Below are positions 41,045-53,493 of a stretch of 64,000 nucleotides of DNA, in pieces. The stretch is from positions 1,058-65,057 of the forward strand of contig JBEKXN010000013.1 in NCBI GenBank assembly GCA_049511835.1, in the 5' to 3' direction. Within the stretch, counting starts at the first letter, position 1, and each line of letters begins with the position of its first letter. A model generated the notes under the pieces. The model did not search any database. It worked only from the letters and a program-made list of their open reading frames with translations, and was not told the DNA's origin. The DNA comes from Verrucomicrobiota bacterium. GTDB taxonomy: Bacteria; Verrucomicrobiota; Verrucomicrobiia; Limisphaerales; UBA11358. The position numbers were made by a program, and so were the translations under genes.

Positions 41045-41180
41045 CTGGTTGCCGGTGATGGTTTCCAGCAACTTTTGTTCGCCGACGTAAACGCAAAGCT
41101 CTGCTTCCGGCCGGGCGCGCAGCAGCGGTTCGAGCTGTTCCAGCCACACGCGGGCGTGAGCAGCGCGGAGACGACGGTGA
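41045..41180 (-). pseudogene. internal fragment duplicated from the TrmH-family gene
   Basis: By-eye alignment to 37748..37880 is nearly identical (…WLEQLEPLLRARPE…CVYVGE.KLLETITG…). A 2-nt indel breaks the frame. Confidence 0.75.
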
Positions 41181-41380
41181 ACTGAAAGAGTGGAAAATTG
41201 TTAATGCGGCCAATATGTGTCTGACCGCCGACGGCGCGCACGGAGTGACGCGCCCTACCGCCCTCTTGAATCAGCGAACATCAGCGTTCATCAGCGGTTT
41301 AAATTCTTGGCGTCTTTGCGTGCTTCGACGTGACAAGCCGGGCTTGAATTCCCGACCGAATGCGATATGTCTGATGCAGA

Positions 41381-41956
41381 TTGACCATGGCAACGATTTC
41401 AAATTCATTGATCATTGGTTGCTGGATAATCTTCCTCGGCTATTGGGCTGTCAGTGCCTTCGGGCAGAAGGCGACGGCGGAACAGAAAAGCCGGTTGTCG
41501 TCGCTGCCATATCGTGTCCCGCTCGCTCTGGGTGGATTACTGCTCTGGTGTCCGAAATTTTCCCACCCGCTGGACCTGGCTCTGACCCCGCATACGGACC
41601 TGGCGCGGACTTTCGGAGCCGTTGTTTGCGGGTTCGGATTGCTGGTGACGATATGGTCGCGCCGGACGCTGGGAGGCAACTGGAGCAGCGAGGTCGCTTT
41701 CAAGCAGGGGCACGAACTCGTGAAGACCGGGCCTTACCGCTACGCGCGGCACCCCATCTACACCGGCCTGCTTCTGATGTGCCTGGGAACCGCCGTTGCG
41801 GTCGGCCAATTCCACTCCTGGCTCGGCTTGCTGATTTTATGCGTCGGCTTTTGGATCAAGCTCAGGCAGGAGGAATCGCTCCTGTTGCAGCATTTCCCCA
41901 CCGAATATCCCGTTTATCGCAAGCAAGTGAAGGCGTTGGTGCCGTTCGTAATTTAA
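41381..41956 (+). CDS. isoprenylcysteine carboxyl methyltransferase (ICMT/PEMT-like) family protein
   Basis: TM protein with GPYRYARHPIYTGLLL. Confidence 0.85.
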   Translation: MTMATISNSLIIGCWIIFLGYWAVSAFGQKATAEQKSRLSSLPYRVPLALGGLLLWCPKFSHPLDLALTPHTDLARTFGAVVCGFGLLVTIWSRRTLGGNWSSEVAFKQGHELVKTGPYRYARHPIYTGLLLMCLGTAVAVGQFHSWLGLLILCVGFWIKLRQEESLLLQHFPTEYPVYRKQVKALVPFVI

Positions 41957-42008
41957 AAAACGAAAATTTTGAATCTACGCGATCCGCGGTTCATGTTTTA
42001 TGCGGCCG

Positions 42009-42854
42009 TCAGAATTGCAGGTTTAACACTATGGCATTGCTCTCGACAAAGGTTCTTAACGCTTTCATCCGGTCGAGTGATTTTGCATAGTCGCCAATCC
42101 TGGCGTCATCTTGCGGCGCAGGATTGACATCATATTTCTTCAAGAGAGCATTGATTTGTTGAACGTAATTATAGCACGACTTTAACTGCTGATAGGCTTC
42201 GTCCATCGCAGCCAGATTCGTTTTTACGTCCGCGCCGAGCGGTTTGGCTTCTTCAAAGAGGAGTTTTCCCTGATGATGCAATTCGGTGTTCTGTTTCAAA
42301 AAATCGTTCTTTTTTGCATCGAGAGCGGTCATATCGTAGCTCAATTTTGCAACCCAATTACTCAATTTTTCCACTTCCGCACTCAAGGCTTTGACGGTTG
42401 CTTCATCACGATTTTCCAGCTTCAACGCATTGGACGCCTCAACCCGCTTGTTATGCTCAGTCAATTGCTGCGTGTACTGGGCCACGTCTTCGTTATGACG
42501 GTTAACTTCACCCATGTACGCTTTAATCTCGTCAGTATTAGCGGCAACTTTTTTTCTGTATGCTTCGACCGGTTCGGTATAGCTGCCGAGTCTTGTCTTA
42601 AGTGCTTTGCCGTCGTCTTCGGCTTTTCTGGCGGAAGCCGCAACCGCAGCGATGGCCGAATCAGCGTTGGTTTTGGCTCTTTTCACGGCCCTTTTGCTGG
42701 TCAGCTTGTCGCTATCAATCAACGTGAACGTCTTGCCCGAAACGGTAATGACCTGATCGGCACAACACAGAGAAAACGCCCCGAGGAAACTCATCAGTAT
42801 TATCAGGCTCGCGGTCGGTTTAAAATTGTTGAGGGCTGTGCGCGTCATAATCAT
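42009..42854 (-). CDS. secreted coiled-coil protein, function unknown
   Basis: Start taken at MIMTRTALNNF… by frame arithmetic. Signal peptide ending …SLCCADQ, and long heptad-like helical regions. AT-rich. Confidence 0.55.
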   Translation of the reverse strand: MIMTRTALNNFKPTASLIILMSFLGAFSLCCADQVITVSGKTFTLIDSDKLTSKRAVKRAKTNADSAIAAVAASARKAEDDGKALKTRLGSYTEPVEAYRKKVAANTDEIKAYMGEVNRHNEDVAQYTQQLTEHNKRVEASNALKLENRDEATVKALSAEVEKLSNWVAKLSYDMTALDAKKNDFLKQNTELHHQGKLLFEEAKPLGADVKTNLAAMDEAYQQLKSCYNYVQQINALLKKYDVNPAPQDDARIGDYAKSLDRMKALRTFVESNAIVLNLQF

Positions 42855-43189
42855 GTTATCCGGAAATATAAAAAAACTGTCAATCTCAAAATGAATATTT
42901 GGCTGGCTGACACGAATTTCACGACTTGAGCCGTTCAGGAAATGGCGGAAGGTTTGCGGGTTGCGAAGCAACAATCCTTCACTGGGGCAACAATTGGCAA
43001 GAGCGGGAGCCCCATTTGTCCCGCTCCGCGGGATGAAGGCCGACAGGCCGAGCGAATGGCGTGAGCGAGTCCATTATCACGAACCCAACTTGTCGCGCCG
43101 AACTGCAATGGAAGCGGAAATTGAAGCCCGGAAAGGGCGAAAGATGCCAACTTGACAAGATTTCTCTTCAATTGTTGAATCCTCCGGCC

Positions 43190-44407
43190 GTGAAATGGCT
43201 TTCAAGACTGGCGAAATCGTTCGTTTGGAGGAGCACCAGATCCGGGTTGCTTTTGTCAGTCCTGGTCCTGACCCATCCGGCATCCGCTTTGGCGCAAGAG
43301 GTCACTTGCGTTCTGGTTTCATCCTCCCAGCCGCTGACCGCCGGCACGCGGGGTGGTGTCTGGCTTTACTGCCTGAACAACTCGTCCAATGAGGTCCGCC
43401 GGACCTTTGAGCCGGGTTTCAATGGCACGCTCACCTCGGGCTCCAACTCGTTCAAAACCGTTCTGGTGCTGACCAACCGCAGCGGGATTGAGGCCACGAT
43501 CGCCCCCGGCAGCTTCGTGAGACAGGAATATCTGTTCGACGTTCCTCCCACCCTCGGCGGCCAGATGACATTGGACGCAAGCAATTACAATCAGGTGGTC
43601 ATCCTGGTGAAAAACAGCTCTGCCGGGGCCCCCGGGACCCTGCAGACATCGTCAACGTTGCCGGCAACCAACGCAGCGCCCTCTCTACTCAGGGGATTTC
43701 TCGGCAAGCATATTTACGGTTACGAGCCGATTTATTTCCTCCTGGGCCAGTACCCCGGCGCCGAATTTCAGTTCAGCCTGAAATACAAACTGTTTGATCT
43801 CACGGACGATTGGAATCCCCTGGCGCATTCGTATTTTGCCTACACGCAGACATCGTTCTGGGACCTGTTCTCCCGGGACCCGTCCTTCTACGACACCAGC
43901 TACAAACCGTCGGCGTTCCTTTTTTATCCCGACATTTTTCAGAAGAACAACTTCCAACTCGATCTGCAAGGCGGTTACGAGCATGAATCCAACGGCCGGG
44001 GCGGGTCCATGGAACGCAGTTTAAACACGGTTTACCTGCAACCCACCGCCCGGTTTGATCTGCCAGCCCATTGGCAGCTTGCCTTCCAAACGCGCGCCTG
44101 GTACTACCTCACGTTGGGCAACAACAACCCGGACCTGCCTGACTACCGCGGTTACGCCGATCTGCTCAGCGCCTTGACCTGGACCGATCCCCGGGGTGGA
44201 GAAAAAATTCAATTCGCCACCCGGCTTCGCATTGGCGACGAAGGCAGCCACGCCGGCCTGCTGTTCGATTTGAGATTCAATCTGCCGCTTTGTTCCCATT
44301 TCAACCCGGCCATTCAATTGCAATACTTTACCGGCTATGGCCAGACCTTGCGTCAATACAACCAGACCAGTCACGCCTTTCGCGCTGGTCTGTGCATATG
44401 GTATTGA
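43190..44407 (+). CDS. outer-membrane phospholipase A1 (OMPLA/PldA family)
   Basis: YEPIYFLLG, …FAYTQTSFWDL…, and the catalytic-type motif YEHESNGRGG. GTG start proposed before the signal peptide. Confidence 0.8.
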   Translation: MKWLSRLAKSFVWRSTRSGLLLSVLVLTHPASALAQEVTCVLVSSSQPLTAGTRGGVWLYCLNNSSNEVRRTFEPGFNGTLTSGSNSFKTVLVLTNRSGIEATIAPGSFVRQEYLFDVPPTLGGQMTLDASNYNQVVILVKNSSAGAPGTLQTSSTLPATNAAPSLLRGFLGKHIYGYEPIYFLLGQYPGAEFQFSLKYKLFDLTDDWNPLAHSYFAYTQTSFWDLFSRDPSFYDTSYKPSAFLFYPDIFQKNNFQLDLQGGYEHESNGRGGSMERSLNTVYLQPTARFDLPAHWQLAFQTRAWYYLTLGNNNPDLPDYRGYADLLSALTWTDPRGGEKIQFATRLRIGDEGSHAGLLFDLRFNLPLCSHFNPAIQLQYFTGYGQTLRQYNQTSHAFRAGLCIWY

Positions 44408-44470
44408 CCCGGTGCCTTGGCAGGAATGTCTGGGCAGGGACGGCGCGCAACGTTTTTGCCATTTACAAAT

Positions 44471-44595
44471 TCATTTCCTCTCGAAAACCAATTCCCCGTC
44501 CGGCGCAGTAACTTTGATTTTATCTCCAAGCTCAAAGTCGCCCTCGAGCAGGCGCATCGAAAGCGAGTTGAGCAAGTGCTCCTGAATGGCGCGAC
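44471..44595 (-). pseudogene. orphan C-terminal fragment of a ClpB/ClpA-type ATPase
   Basis: …[39 protein letters not shown] parallels the clpB end …[40 protein letters not shown]. Confidence 0.65.
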
Positions 44596-44601
44596 GAGAT
44601 C

Positions 44602-44937
44602 TTAATCTTCCCATTCCAGCGCGGAAATCGTGCCCCAAACCAGGGAAGCCATGACCGTGAGCACCAGCACCCACGGCATCAGCACTTGAGAGTCGAGCGA
44701 AAACAACGCTGACGAATCGAGGACCGGCAGATTTCCCCACGGCAACCACAAAGCCGCCAGCACCGAACCAATCGTTGTCGCGCCCAGCAAAATTGCCGGA
44801 CGCAGCCACGCACGGGGGCGGCGTGGCAAGGCTGCAATGACGCGCGCAGTAAAGCCGTTGTCTTCAATATATTTGTCCTGCTCGCGCAGCCAGGCGTCGA
44901 GCGGATCGTTGGTTTCAGGCGGATTCATAATTTTCAT
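44602..44937 (-). CDS. putative anti-sigma factor (single/double TM)
   Basis: 111 aa; overlaps the end of the ECF sigma gene. Hydrophobic C-terminal half. Confidence 0.6.
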   Translation of the reverse strand: MKIMNPPETNDPLDAWLREQDKYIEDNGFTARVIAALPRRPRAWLRPAILLGATTIGSVLAALWLPWGNLPVLDSSALFSLDSQVLMPWVLVLTVMASLVWGTISALEWED

Positions 44938-45469
44938 AGGCGATGGCCAATCGCTGCCTCAATTTTTCCTTCCCGCGCAGGATGTTGGTTTTGACCGTGC
45001 CGAGCGGACAATCCAAAACTTGTGCTGCTTCCTCATGCGACAAACCGTTCTGGCAGCAAAGCAACACTGCCGCCCGTTCGTTTGAATTTAACAGTTTCAA
45101 CGCCTCGGTCAAATCGAGGCGCAGATGACAGTCGCGGGCGGCAGCCGGTTCCTCCGGTTCCACTGATGATTCGTCCACCTCCTCCCAGGCCAGTTCCTTT
45201 CGGCGGCGGCCGGCCATGCGAAATTCATTGACGGCGATGCCGAACAGCCACGTCGAGAAACGCGCGCCGCCGCGATAGGTTTGAAGTTTCTGCCACGCCT
45301 TCAAAAAAGTTTCCTGCGCCAGGTCATCGGCCCCATGCGTATCGCCACGCGTCATGCGCGCCAGAAAGGCGCGCACGGGCGATTGATAGCGCCGCACCAG
45401 TTCGCCGAAGGCATGCTGGTCTCCGCGCGACAGGACGCGGGCGATGAGGTCGGTGTCGGTGAAAGACAC
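44915..45469 (-). CDS. ECF-type RNA polymerase sigma factor
   Basis: Region 2 (…DDLAQETFLKAW…) and region 4 (…LSHEEAAQVLDCPLGTVKTNILRG…). Confidence 0.92.
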   Translation of the reverse strand: MSFTDTDLIARVLSRGDQHAFGELVRRYQSPVRAFLARMTRGDTHGADDLAQETFLKAWQKLQTYRGGARFSTWLFGIAVNEFRMAGRRRKELAWEEVDESSVEPEEPAAARDCHLRLDLTEALKLLNSNERAAVLLCCQNGLSHEEAAQVLDCPLGTVKTNILRGKEKLRQRLAIAYENYESA

Positions 45470-45472
45470 AGA

Positions 45473-46198
45473 TTATTGCTTGGGCGATTGATTGCTGTTT
45501 TTGTCCATTCTTTCCACCAGCCAGACAATTAGAAAGGCGATGCCGATGAAAAGAACAACCAATCCGCCGCCGCCGTAACGATGTCCGCTGATTAGCAAAG
45601 CTGCGCCAACGCCGGTCAAAATCAGACCCGGCAAAAGACGACGTGAGGGGCTGGATTGGGCCAAGGGATGACCGTCGGTGGACAAAAGCTGATTGAGAGC
45701 GCTGGAATGTTTGCCTTTCAAACTCTCCACCAACTCCGGCGTAATGGGCATTCCTTTTTCAATCATGGCACGCAAGTTTTCATGCACCAATCTGTTCCGG
45801 CGATGTATGGTATAAAACATGATGGCGACAATCGCCACGGGCAGGATAACAACAATCGCCACGGGCAACACAAAAGAAGCCAACACGGCGACCAGCGTCG
45901 TTCCAAAACCCAGCCCCCCGAAATCATGTCCCCAATTAACATCCACCGGTTCCTTGCCGCCAACATGAATGCCCGTGTGGTCAATGCGAACCGGCGTGGT
46001 ATCATCGGAGGATTTTTTCGGCTTGGCTTTGACCGCAGCGACAGCGTTGGATGCCTGAATGGCATTCGTTGCAGCCGGAGATTCCTCCGGCGCAATCACG
46101 GCATTGCTGTCTGCGCCGGACGCGGTCGCATTGGTTTGCGCCGGCAGTGGAGCGGCGGCGAGTGTAAAAGCAAAAAACACGGCAAATACAATTTTCAT
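45473..46198 (-). CDS. membrane protein co-transcribed with ECF sigma
   Basis: Signal peptide and TM segments; ends 3 nt upstream of the sigma gene. Confidence 0.6.
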   Translation of the reverse strand: MKIVFAVFFAFTLAAAPLPAQTNATASGADSNAVIAPEESPAATNAIQASNAVAAVKAKPKKSSDDTTPVRIDHTGIHVGGKEPVDVNWGHDFGGLGFGTTLVAVLASFVLPVAIVVILPVAIVAIMFYTIHRRNRLVHENLRAMIEKGMPITPELVESLKGKHSSALNQLLSTDGHPLAQSSPSRRLLPGLILTGVGAALLISGHRYGGGGLVVLFIGIAFLIVWLVERMDKNSNQSPKQ

Positions 46199-46313
46199 AT
46201 TTCAAATTGGCATTGTTGAACGGTTCACAAGTAAGATGCAATGAACCGCCATTTTGGATTCAAAAAATACGGCTTTCAATCAAAGCCCCACCAACATCCT
46301 GTCGCCGAAAGCG

Positions 46314-48959
<2,646 letters not shown>

Positions 48960-49117
48960 GGCTAATCAAATAAACCGAATGCGCGGCACGTCAAGTCTGG
49001 GAAATTTCAACCACGGCTTGTCGCGCCGCAGCCTCGGCGAAGGCGGAATGGACACGGCGTAAAGCCGCGTGGCGGCCATGCCGCTATACGCGGACGAACC
49101 GGGGTTTTTGCAAGGAA

Positions 49118-49257
49118 GCGCCGTCAGGCGCGGCATATTTGTAGAATCCCGCATAAAACAAATTCAAGCTCCAGCGGAGCGACATCAAAAATATGCCGCT
49201 CCTGACGGAGCTTTCTTATTTTGACTGATGAACTACAAAGATGCCGCGCCTACGGCG
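49118..49257. repeat. MITE-like palindromic element, copy 2
   Basis: gcgccgtcaggcgcggcat … atgccgcgcctacggcg termini. Same internal hairpin as 7657..7811. Confidence 0.75.
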
Positions 49258-49306
49258 TTTTCCTTTGCGCCTTTGCGTTAATCCGATTTTCGTTTAGTTT
49301 TCGCGC

Positions 49307-49354
49307 ATGAAATACCGCGAATCGGGCCGGACCGGCAAGGGGTCCGGGGTTTGA
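49307..49354 (+). pseudogene. truncated duplicate of the aldo/keto reductase start
   Basis: MKYRESGRTGKGSGV* compared with the intact MKYRELGRTGWKVSEI at 51182. Confidence 0.7.
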
Positions 49355-49370
49355 CGATATCCCCATCGGG

Positions 49371-50651
49371 ATGGCTTCTGCGGACTTGGCATTTCCCCCG
49401 CCTGAAAATATCCTCGGCACCATGTACCGGGTCAGCAGCCCATCCTCCTTGGCAAACACAACGTCAAAAGGGCGATTCCCCGTCTGCATCGTCGCCTGCA
49501 TGGGTTTGATTGTGCTCGGCGCGAGCCCAATCGTTTTCTCATGGCACCCGGCACCCACGTATGTCTTTTTCCATGAACATCCCGGATGGCAGATGGCGGG
49601 CCGCGTTTTGCTCACCGTCGTAATCGCCGGGGCGCTGCTTATGACCAGCCGGCTGGACCCGGAGCAGGGAGCGGGAAAAGCAATCCGTTATTGCGGCTTT
49701 GTTCTGCTGGCGGCGTTGTTGACCGATTTGCACTTCCATACGGTGGACATTCACAAAATTCCCTGGCAAATCGACAAGTACAATCAAATCCTCCTGCACA
49801 CCTGCACGCCTCCGGACCAATACCGGTTTCTGCCCCAAGGGACGTTGTGGTGGATGGCGCTGGGCAACGGCGATTTTTTGTTTTCATACCTGGCCTACCG
49901 GTTCCTTTTCACGTTCCTGGTGTGCCGGTTCGGCTACACCTTCGCGCGGTTGTTTCTGGCCCCGCGGGACGCGGTCATCGTCGTGTTGCTCTACGCCGCG
50001 TTCTACCCGCTGTCCACGCGCTACTACAACGGCAATTTGTTAGACCCGATGTCGCATGCCGTGATGCTGGCCGCGTTCACTTGCTGCCAGCGCCGGCAAT
50101 TCCGGCAGGTGTTTTGGCTGTTCGTGCTGGGCATGTTCATCAAGGAGACGATGCTGCTGATCGTTCCCTGTTATTACCTGATGAACAGCGAAACATTCCG
50201 CTTGCGGGATTTCGGCACCCTCTGGCGACTGGCTCTGCTTGCCGTCGCAGGTTTGGGTGTGTTTCTGGCCTGCAGGATTCCATTTCATTTCAATTACGAC
50301 TTCAATACCTTGAACGGAACGAACGAACTGATGGTGTATAGCAATCTCGGTCTTGCCCGGGGTCAGGCCCAGAGCGTGGTTTCCGTTTTCCAACGCTATT
50401 TGCATCCAATGCTTTTTATCTTCATGTGGCTGCCGCTTATTGTTTGGCGGCGGAAAATGCTGCCGCACTCCTTGTTCTGGACGGCCTTGTATCTCGCGGC
50501 TGCCTTCTATCTCACGAATCTCTGCTTCGGCTGGAATTATGAATCCAGAAACTTTGTCCCGGCCCTGATCTTCCTGTTGGTATGCACCATGATGATCGTG
50601 AATCGCTTGATCGAAGCGAGTGCACCCGGCACCAGCACGGCAGAACCTTGA
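49371..50651 (+). CDS. polytopic membrane protein (possibly GT-C-like glycosyltransferase)
   Basis: At least 10 hydrophobic segments. No firm motif; functional call is weak. An alternative start lies at 49422. Confidence 0.6.
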   Translation: MASADLAFPPPENILGTMYRVSSPSSLANTTSKGRFPVCIVACMGLIVLGASPIVFSWHPAPTYVFFHEHPGWQMAGRVLLTVVIAGALLMTSRLDPEQGAGKAIRYCGFVLLAALLTDLHFHTVDIHKIPWQIDKYNQILLHTCTPPDQYRFLPQGTLWWMALGNGDFLFSYLAYRFLFTFLVCRFGYTFARLFLAPRDAVIVVLLYAAFYPLSTRYYNGNLLDPMSHAVMLAAFTCCQRRQFRQVFWLFVLGMFIKETMLLIVPCYYLMNSETFRLRDFGTLWRLALLAVAGLGVFLACRIPFHFNYDFNTLNGTNELMVYSNLGLARGQAQSVVSVFQRYLHPMLFIFMWLPLIVWRRKMLPHSLFWTALYLAAAFYLTNLCFGWNYESRNFVPALIFLLVCTMMIVNRLIEASAPGTSTAEP

Positions 50652-50689
50652 CACCAGCCGCACTCCAATCAGGCGATCGTGCTCCTCCG

Positions 50690-50772
50690 GCCTGGTGGGG
50701 CAGTTTGCGCGTAATGCGTTGCGCCTCCGACAGTGCCTCCTGCGATTTGAGGGTCAATTTCTCCGTTTGCAT
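50690..50772 (-). pseudogene. truncated duplicate of the clpB 5' end
   Basis: [27 protein letters not shown]… compared with clp[28 protein letters not shown]. Confidence 0.8.
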
Positions 50773-50929
50773 ATCCTGTGGCGTCGAATCGAACGCCGAG
50801 ACGCAAAGACGCGAAATTTCAACCACGGCTTGTCGCGCCGTAGCCTCGGCGAAGGCGGAATGGACACGGCGTAAAGCCGCGTGGCGGCCATGCCGCTATA
50901 CGCGGACGAACCGGGGTTTTTGCAAGGAA

Positions 50930-51070
50930 GCGCCGTCAGGCGCGGCATATTTGTAGAATCCCGCATAAAACAAATTCAAGCTCCAGCGGAGCGACATCAA
51001 AAATATGCCGCTCCTGACGGAGCTTTCTTATTTTGACTGATGAACTACAAAGATGCCGCGCCTACGGCGC
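50930..51070. repeat. MITE-like palindromic element, copy 3
   Basis: Virtually identical to 49118..49257. Confidence 0.75.
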
Positions 51071-51181
51071 TTTCCTTTGTGTCTTGCCCTTATCCGTGTT
51101 TATCCGTGTCCATCCGTGGTTAAAAAACTCTCCGCGTCTTTGCGGCTTTGCGTGAAACAATTTTTCATTTAGTTTGCCCGC

Positions 51182-52165
51182 ATGAAATATCGCGAACTGG
51201 GCCGGACGGGCTGGAAGGTTTCGGAAATCAGCTTCGGCGCGTGGGCCATCGGCAGCGCCTGGGGCAAGGTGGACGACAAGGAATCGCTCGCTGCGTTGCA
51301 GGCCGCGCTCGACGGCGGAGTAAATTTCTTTGACACGGCGGATGTCTATGGTGACGGCCATAGCGAACGGCTGTTGGCCAGGCTCCGCAAGGAGCGGAAG
51401 GAAAAATTTTACATCGCCACCAAGGCCGGCCGCCGTCTCGACCCGCACACGGCGGAAGGTTACAACCGCGCCAACCTCACCGCGTTCATCGAACGCAGCC
51501 TGAAAAACCTGGGAACCGACACGATTGACCTGCTGCAACTGCACTGCCCGCCCACGGAAGTTTTTTACCGGCCGGAAGTGTTTGCCATTCTCGACGACCT
51601 GGTGAAGGCCGGCAAGCTGCGGCATTACGGCGTGAGTGTGGAAAAGGTTGAGGAGGCGCTCAAGGCCATTGAGTTCCCCGGTGTGGAGACGGTGCAAATC
51701 ATTTTCAACCTTTTCCGGCAGCGACCGGCGGAATTGTTTTTCCCGGAGGCGCAACGCCGCCGCGTGGGCATCCTCGCACGCGTGCCGCTGGCGTCGGGCA
51801 TGTTGTCCGGCAAAATCACACGCGACCGCCAGTTCGCGCAGGACGATCATCGGAATTTCAACCGCCACGGCGAGGCGTTCGACCGCGGCGAAACGTTTTC
51901 GGGCGTGGATTTCGAGACCGGCCTGCACGCGGTGGAGCAATTGCGTCCGCTCGTGCCCAAAGGCGCAACCCTGGCCCAACTGGCCTTGCGCTGGATCCTG
52001 GAATTTCCGGCGGTGACGTGCGCGATTCCCGGCGCCAAACGTCCGGCTCAAGTGGAAGAGAACCTCGCAGCGTCGGACTTGCCATCGTTGTCCGCCGACA
52101 CGATAAAAAAAATCGGCGCGATTTACGACGCGCAGATCAAGCCGCTGGTGCATCCGTATTGGTAA
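51182..52165 (+). CDS. aldo/keto reductase
   Basis: MKYRELGRTGWKVSEISFGAW…FFDTADVYG…. Confidence 0.93.
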   Translation: MKYRELGRTGWKVSEISFGAWAIGSAWGKVDDKESLAALQAALDGGVNFFDTADVYGDGHSERLLARLRKERKEKFYIATKAGRRLDPHTAEGYNRANLTAFIERSLKNLGTDTIDLLQLHCPPTEVFYRPEVFAILDDLVKAGKLRHYGVSVEKVEEALKAIEFPGVETVQIIFNLFRQRPAELFFPEAQRRRVGILARVPLASGMLSGKITRDRQFAQDDHRNFNRHGEAFDRGETFSGVDFETGLHAVEQLRPLVPKGATLAQLALRWILEFPAVTCAIPGAKRPAQVEENLAASDLPSLSADTIKKIGAIYDAQIKPLVHPYW

Positions 52166-52171
52166 CATTTA

Positions 52172-52254
52172 TTTTCGATTTACGATTTTCGATTTACGCG
52201 ACGCGCTGCGATTGCTGAATGATGCGTCAATCGTAAATCGCATATCGTAAATCG
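52172..52254 (+). terminator. CGTAAAT-heptamer hairpin after the reductase gene
   Basis: ttttcgatttacgattttcgatttacgcg … cgtcaatcgtaaatcgcatatcgtaaatcgg. Confidence 0.5.
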
Positions 52255-52307
52255 GTTTGCCAATCCGCCTTGCTCCCCTGCCCGTTTTGCGCTAGTTTGC
52301 GGGCGTT

Positions 52308-53492
52308 ATGGAAAATTCGTCTTTTTCTTCGCCGGGCGTGCCGCCACCGTTGACGCCGCCGCCGATCATCACGCCGCCACCGCCGGCCAAACCGCGCAAG
52401 AGCCGGGGCTGGATGATTTTTGCGATCATTTTGCTCGTGTTGCTGTTCATCAGCCTGTTCGGCAATCTCACGCAATTTATCTCACGCGCATTTGGCTCCG
52501 GATTAAGCCGGGGCGGCTTTCGCACCAGCATGGCGCGCGAAGTCGGCCCGCGGCTCGAGGAATGTCTGCTCAAAGACAACGACTCGCCCCGTAAAATCAC
52601 CGTGGTCACGGTGGACGGCACCATCACCGACAGCTCGGTTGACCGGGCGGGTAACAACATGGTGGACGTGATCAAGGCGCAGCTCGATCGTGCAAAGGAG
52701 GATAAACGGGTCAAAGCGGTGATTCTCAAAGTGGATTCACCCGGCGGCGAAGTGATGGCCTCGGACGAAATCAACAAGGCCATCGCGGATTTCCAGAAGG
52801 ACGATCCGGTTGAACCGGGCAAGCCAGGCAAACGGGGCAAACCGGTGGTTTGTTCGATGGGCAGCCTGGCGGCGTCGGGCGGTTATTATATTTCCGTGCC
52901 CTGCCGCTGGATTGTGGCCAACGAACTGACCATCACCGGCAGCATCGGCGTCATGATGCCCGGCTGGAATTACCGCGGGTTGATGGACAAGGTCGGGATC
53001 GTGCCGATGACGTACAAGAGCGGCAAGTTCAAGGACATGCTCAGTGGCGAGCGCAGCACGAATGAAATTCCAGTGGAAGAGCACGCCATGGTGCAGGCGC
53101 TCATCGACGAAACTTACGGAAGATTTACCAACGTCGTGTGTGCCGGCCGCACGCAGGCTTACCAGAAAAACAGCAAAGAAGGAGGCCAGGCGCTCGCCCC
53201 CAATTGGACCAGTTTTGTGGACGGTCGCGTGTTTTCCGGCTCAGAGGCGCTCAAACATGGTTTTGTGGACGAACTCGGCGACTTTGACAAGGCGGTGGAG
53301 CGCGCAAAAAAAATCGCCCATATCGCCGACGCCAACCTGATTGAATATCGCGAGCGCTACGACATTTCGGATCTTTTCTCGATGTTCGGGCAGAGCAGTT
53401 CTGCGCACGACATCAAGCTCGACCTTGGTGTGGAGATGCCGAAATTGCAGGCCGGGCAGCTTTATTTCCTGTCGCCCACCTTTGTGAATTGA
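52308..53492 (+). CDS. sppA: signal peptide peptidase SppA (36K type)
   Basis: …VILKVDSPGGEV…, and GSLAASGGYY containing the catalytic Ser. Confidence 0.9.
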   Translation: MENSSFSSPGVPPPLTPPPIITPPPPAKPRKSRGWMIFAIILLVLLFISLFGNLTQFISRAFGSGLSRGGFRTSMAREVGPRLEECLLKDNDSPRKITVVTVDGTITDSSVDRAGNNMVDVIKAQLDRAKEDKRVKAVILKVDSPGGEVMASDEINKAIADFQKDDPVEPGKPGKRGKPVVCSMGSLAASGGYYISVPCRWIVANELTITGSIGVMMPGWNYRGLMDKVGIVPMTYKSGKFKDMLSGERSTNEIPVEEHAMVQALIDETYGRFTNVVCAGRTQAYQKNSKEGGQALAPNWTSFVDGRVFSGSEALKHGFVDELGDFDKAVERAKKIAHIADANLIEYRERYDISDLFSMFGQSSSAHDIKLDLGVEMPKLQAGQLYFLSPTFVN

Positions 53493-53493
53493 C

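Larger units (their letters stand above)
50690..51215. repeat. long direct repeat, right copy
   Basis: See 48870..49354. Here the reductase is intact and clpB is truncated. Confidence 0.8.

Noticed and set aside
51062-52168. 368-aa ORF on the - strand
   Set aside because: Antisense shadow of the aldo/keto reductase gene.
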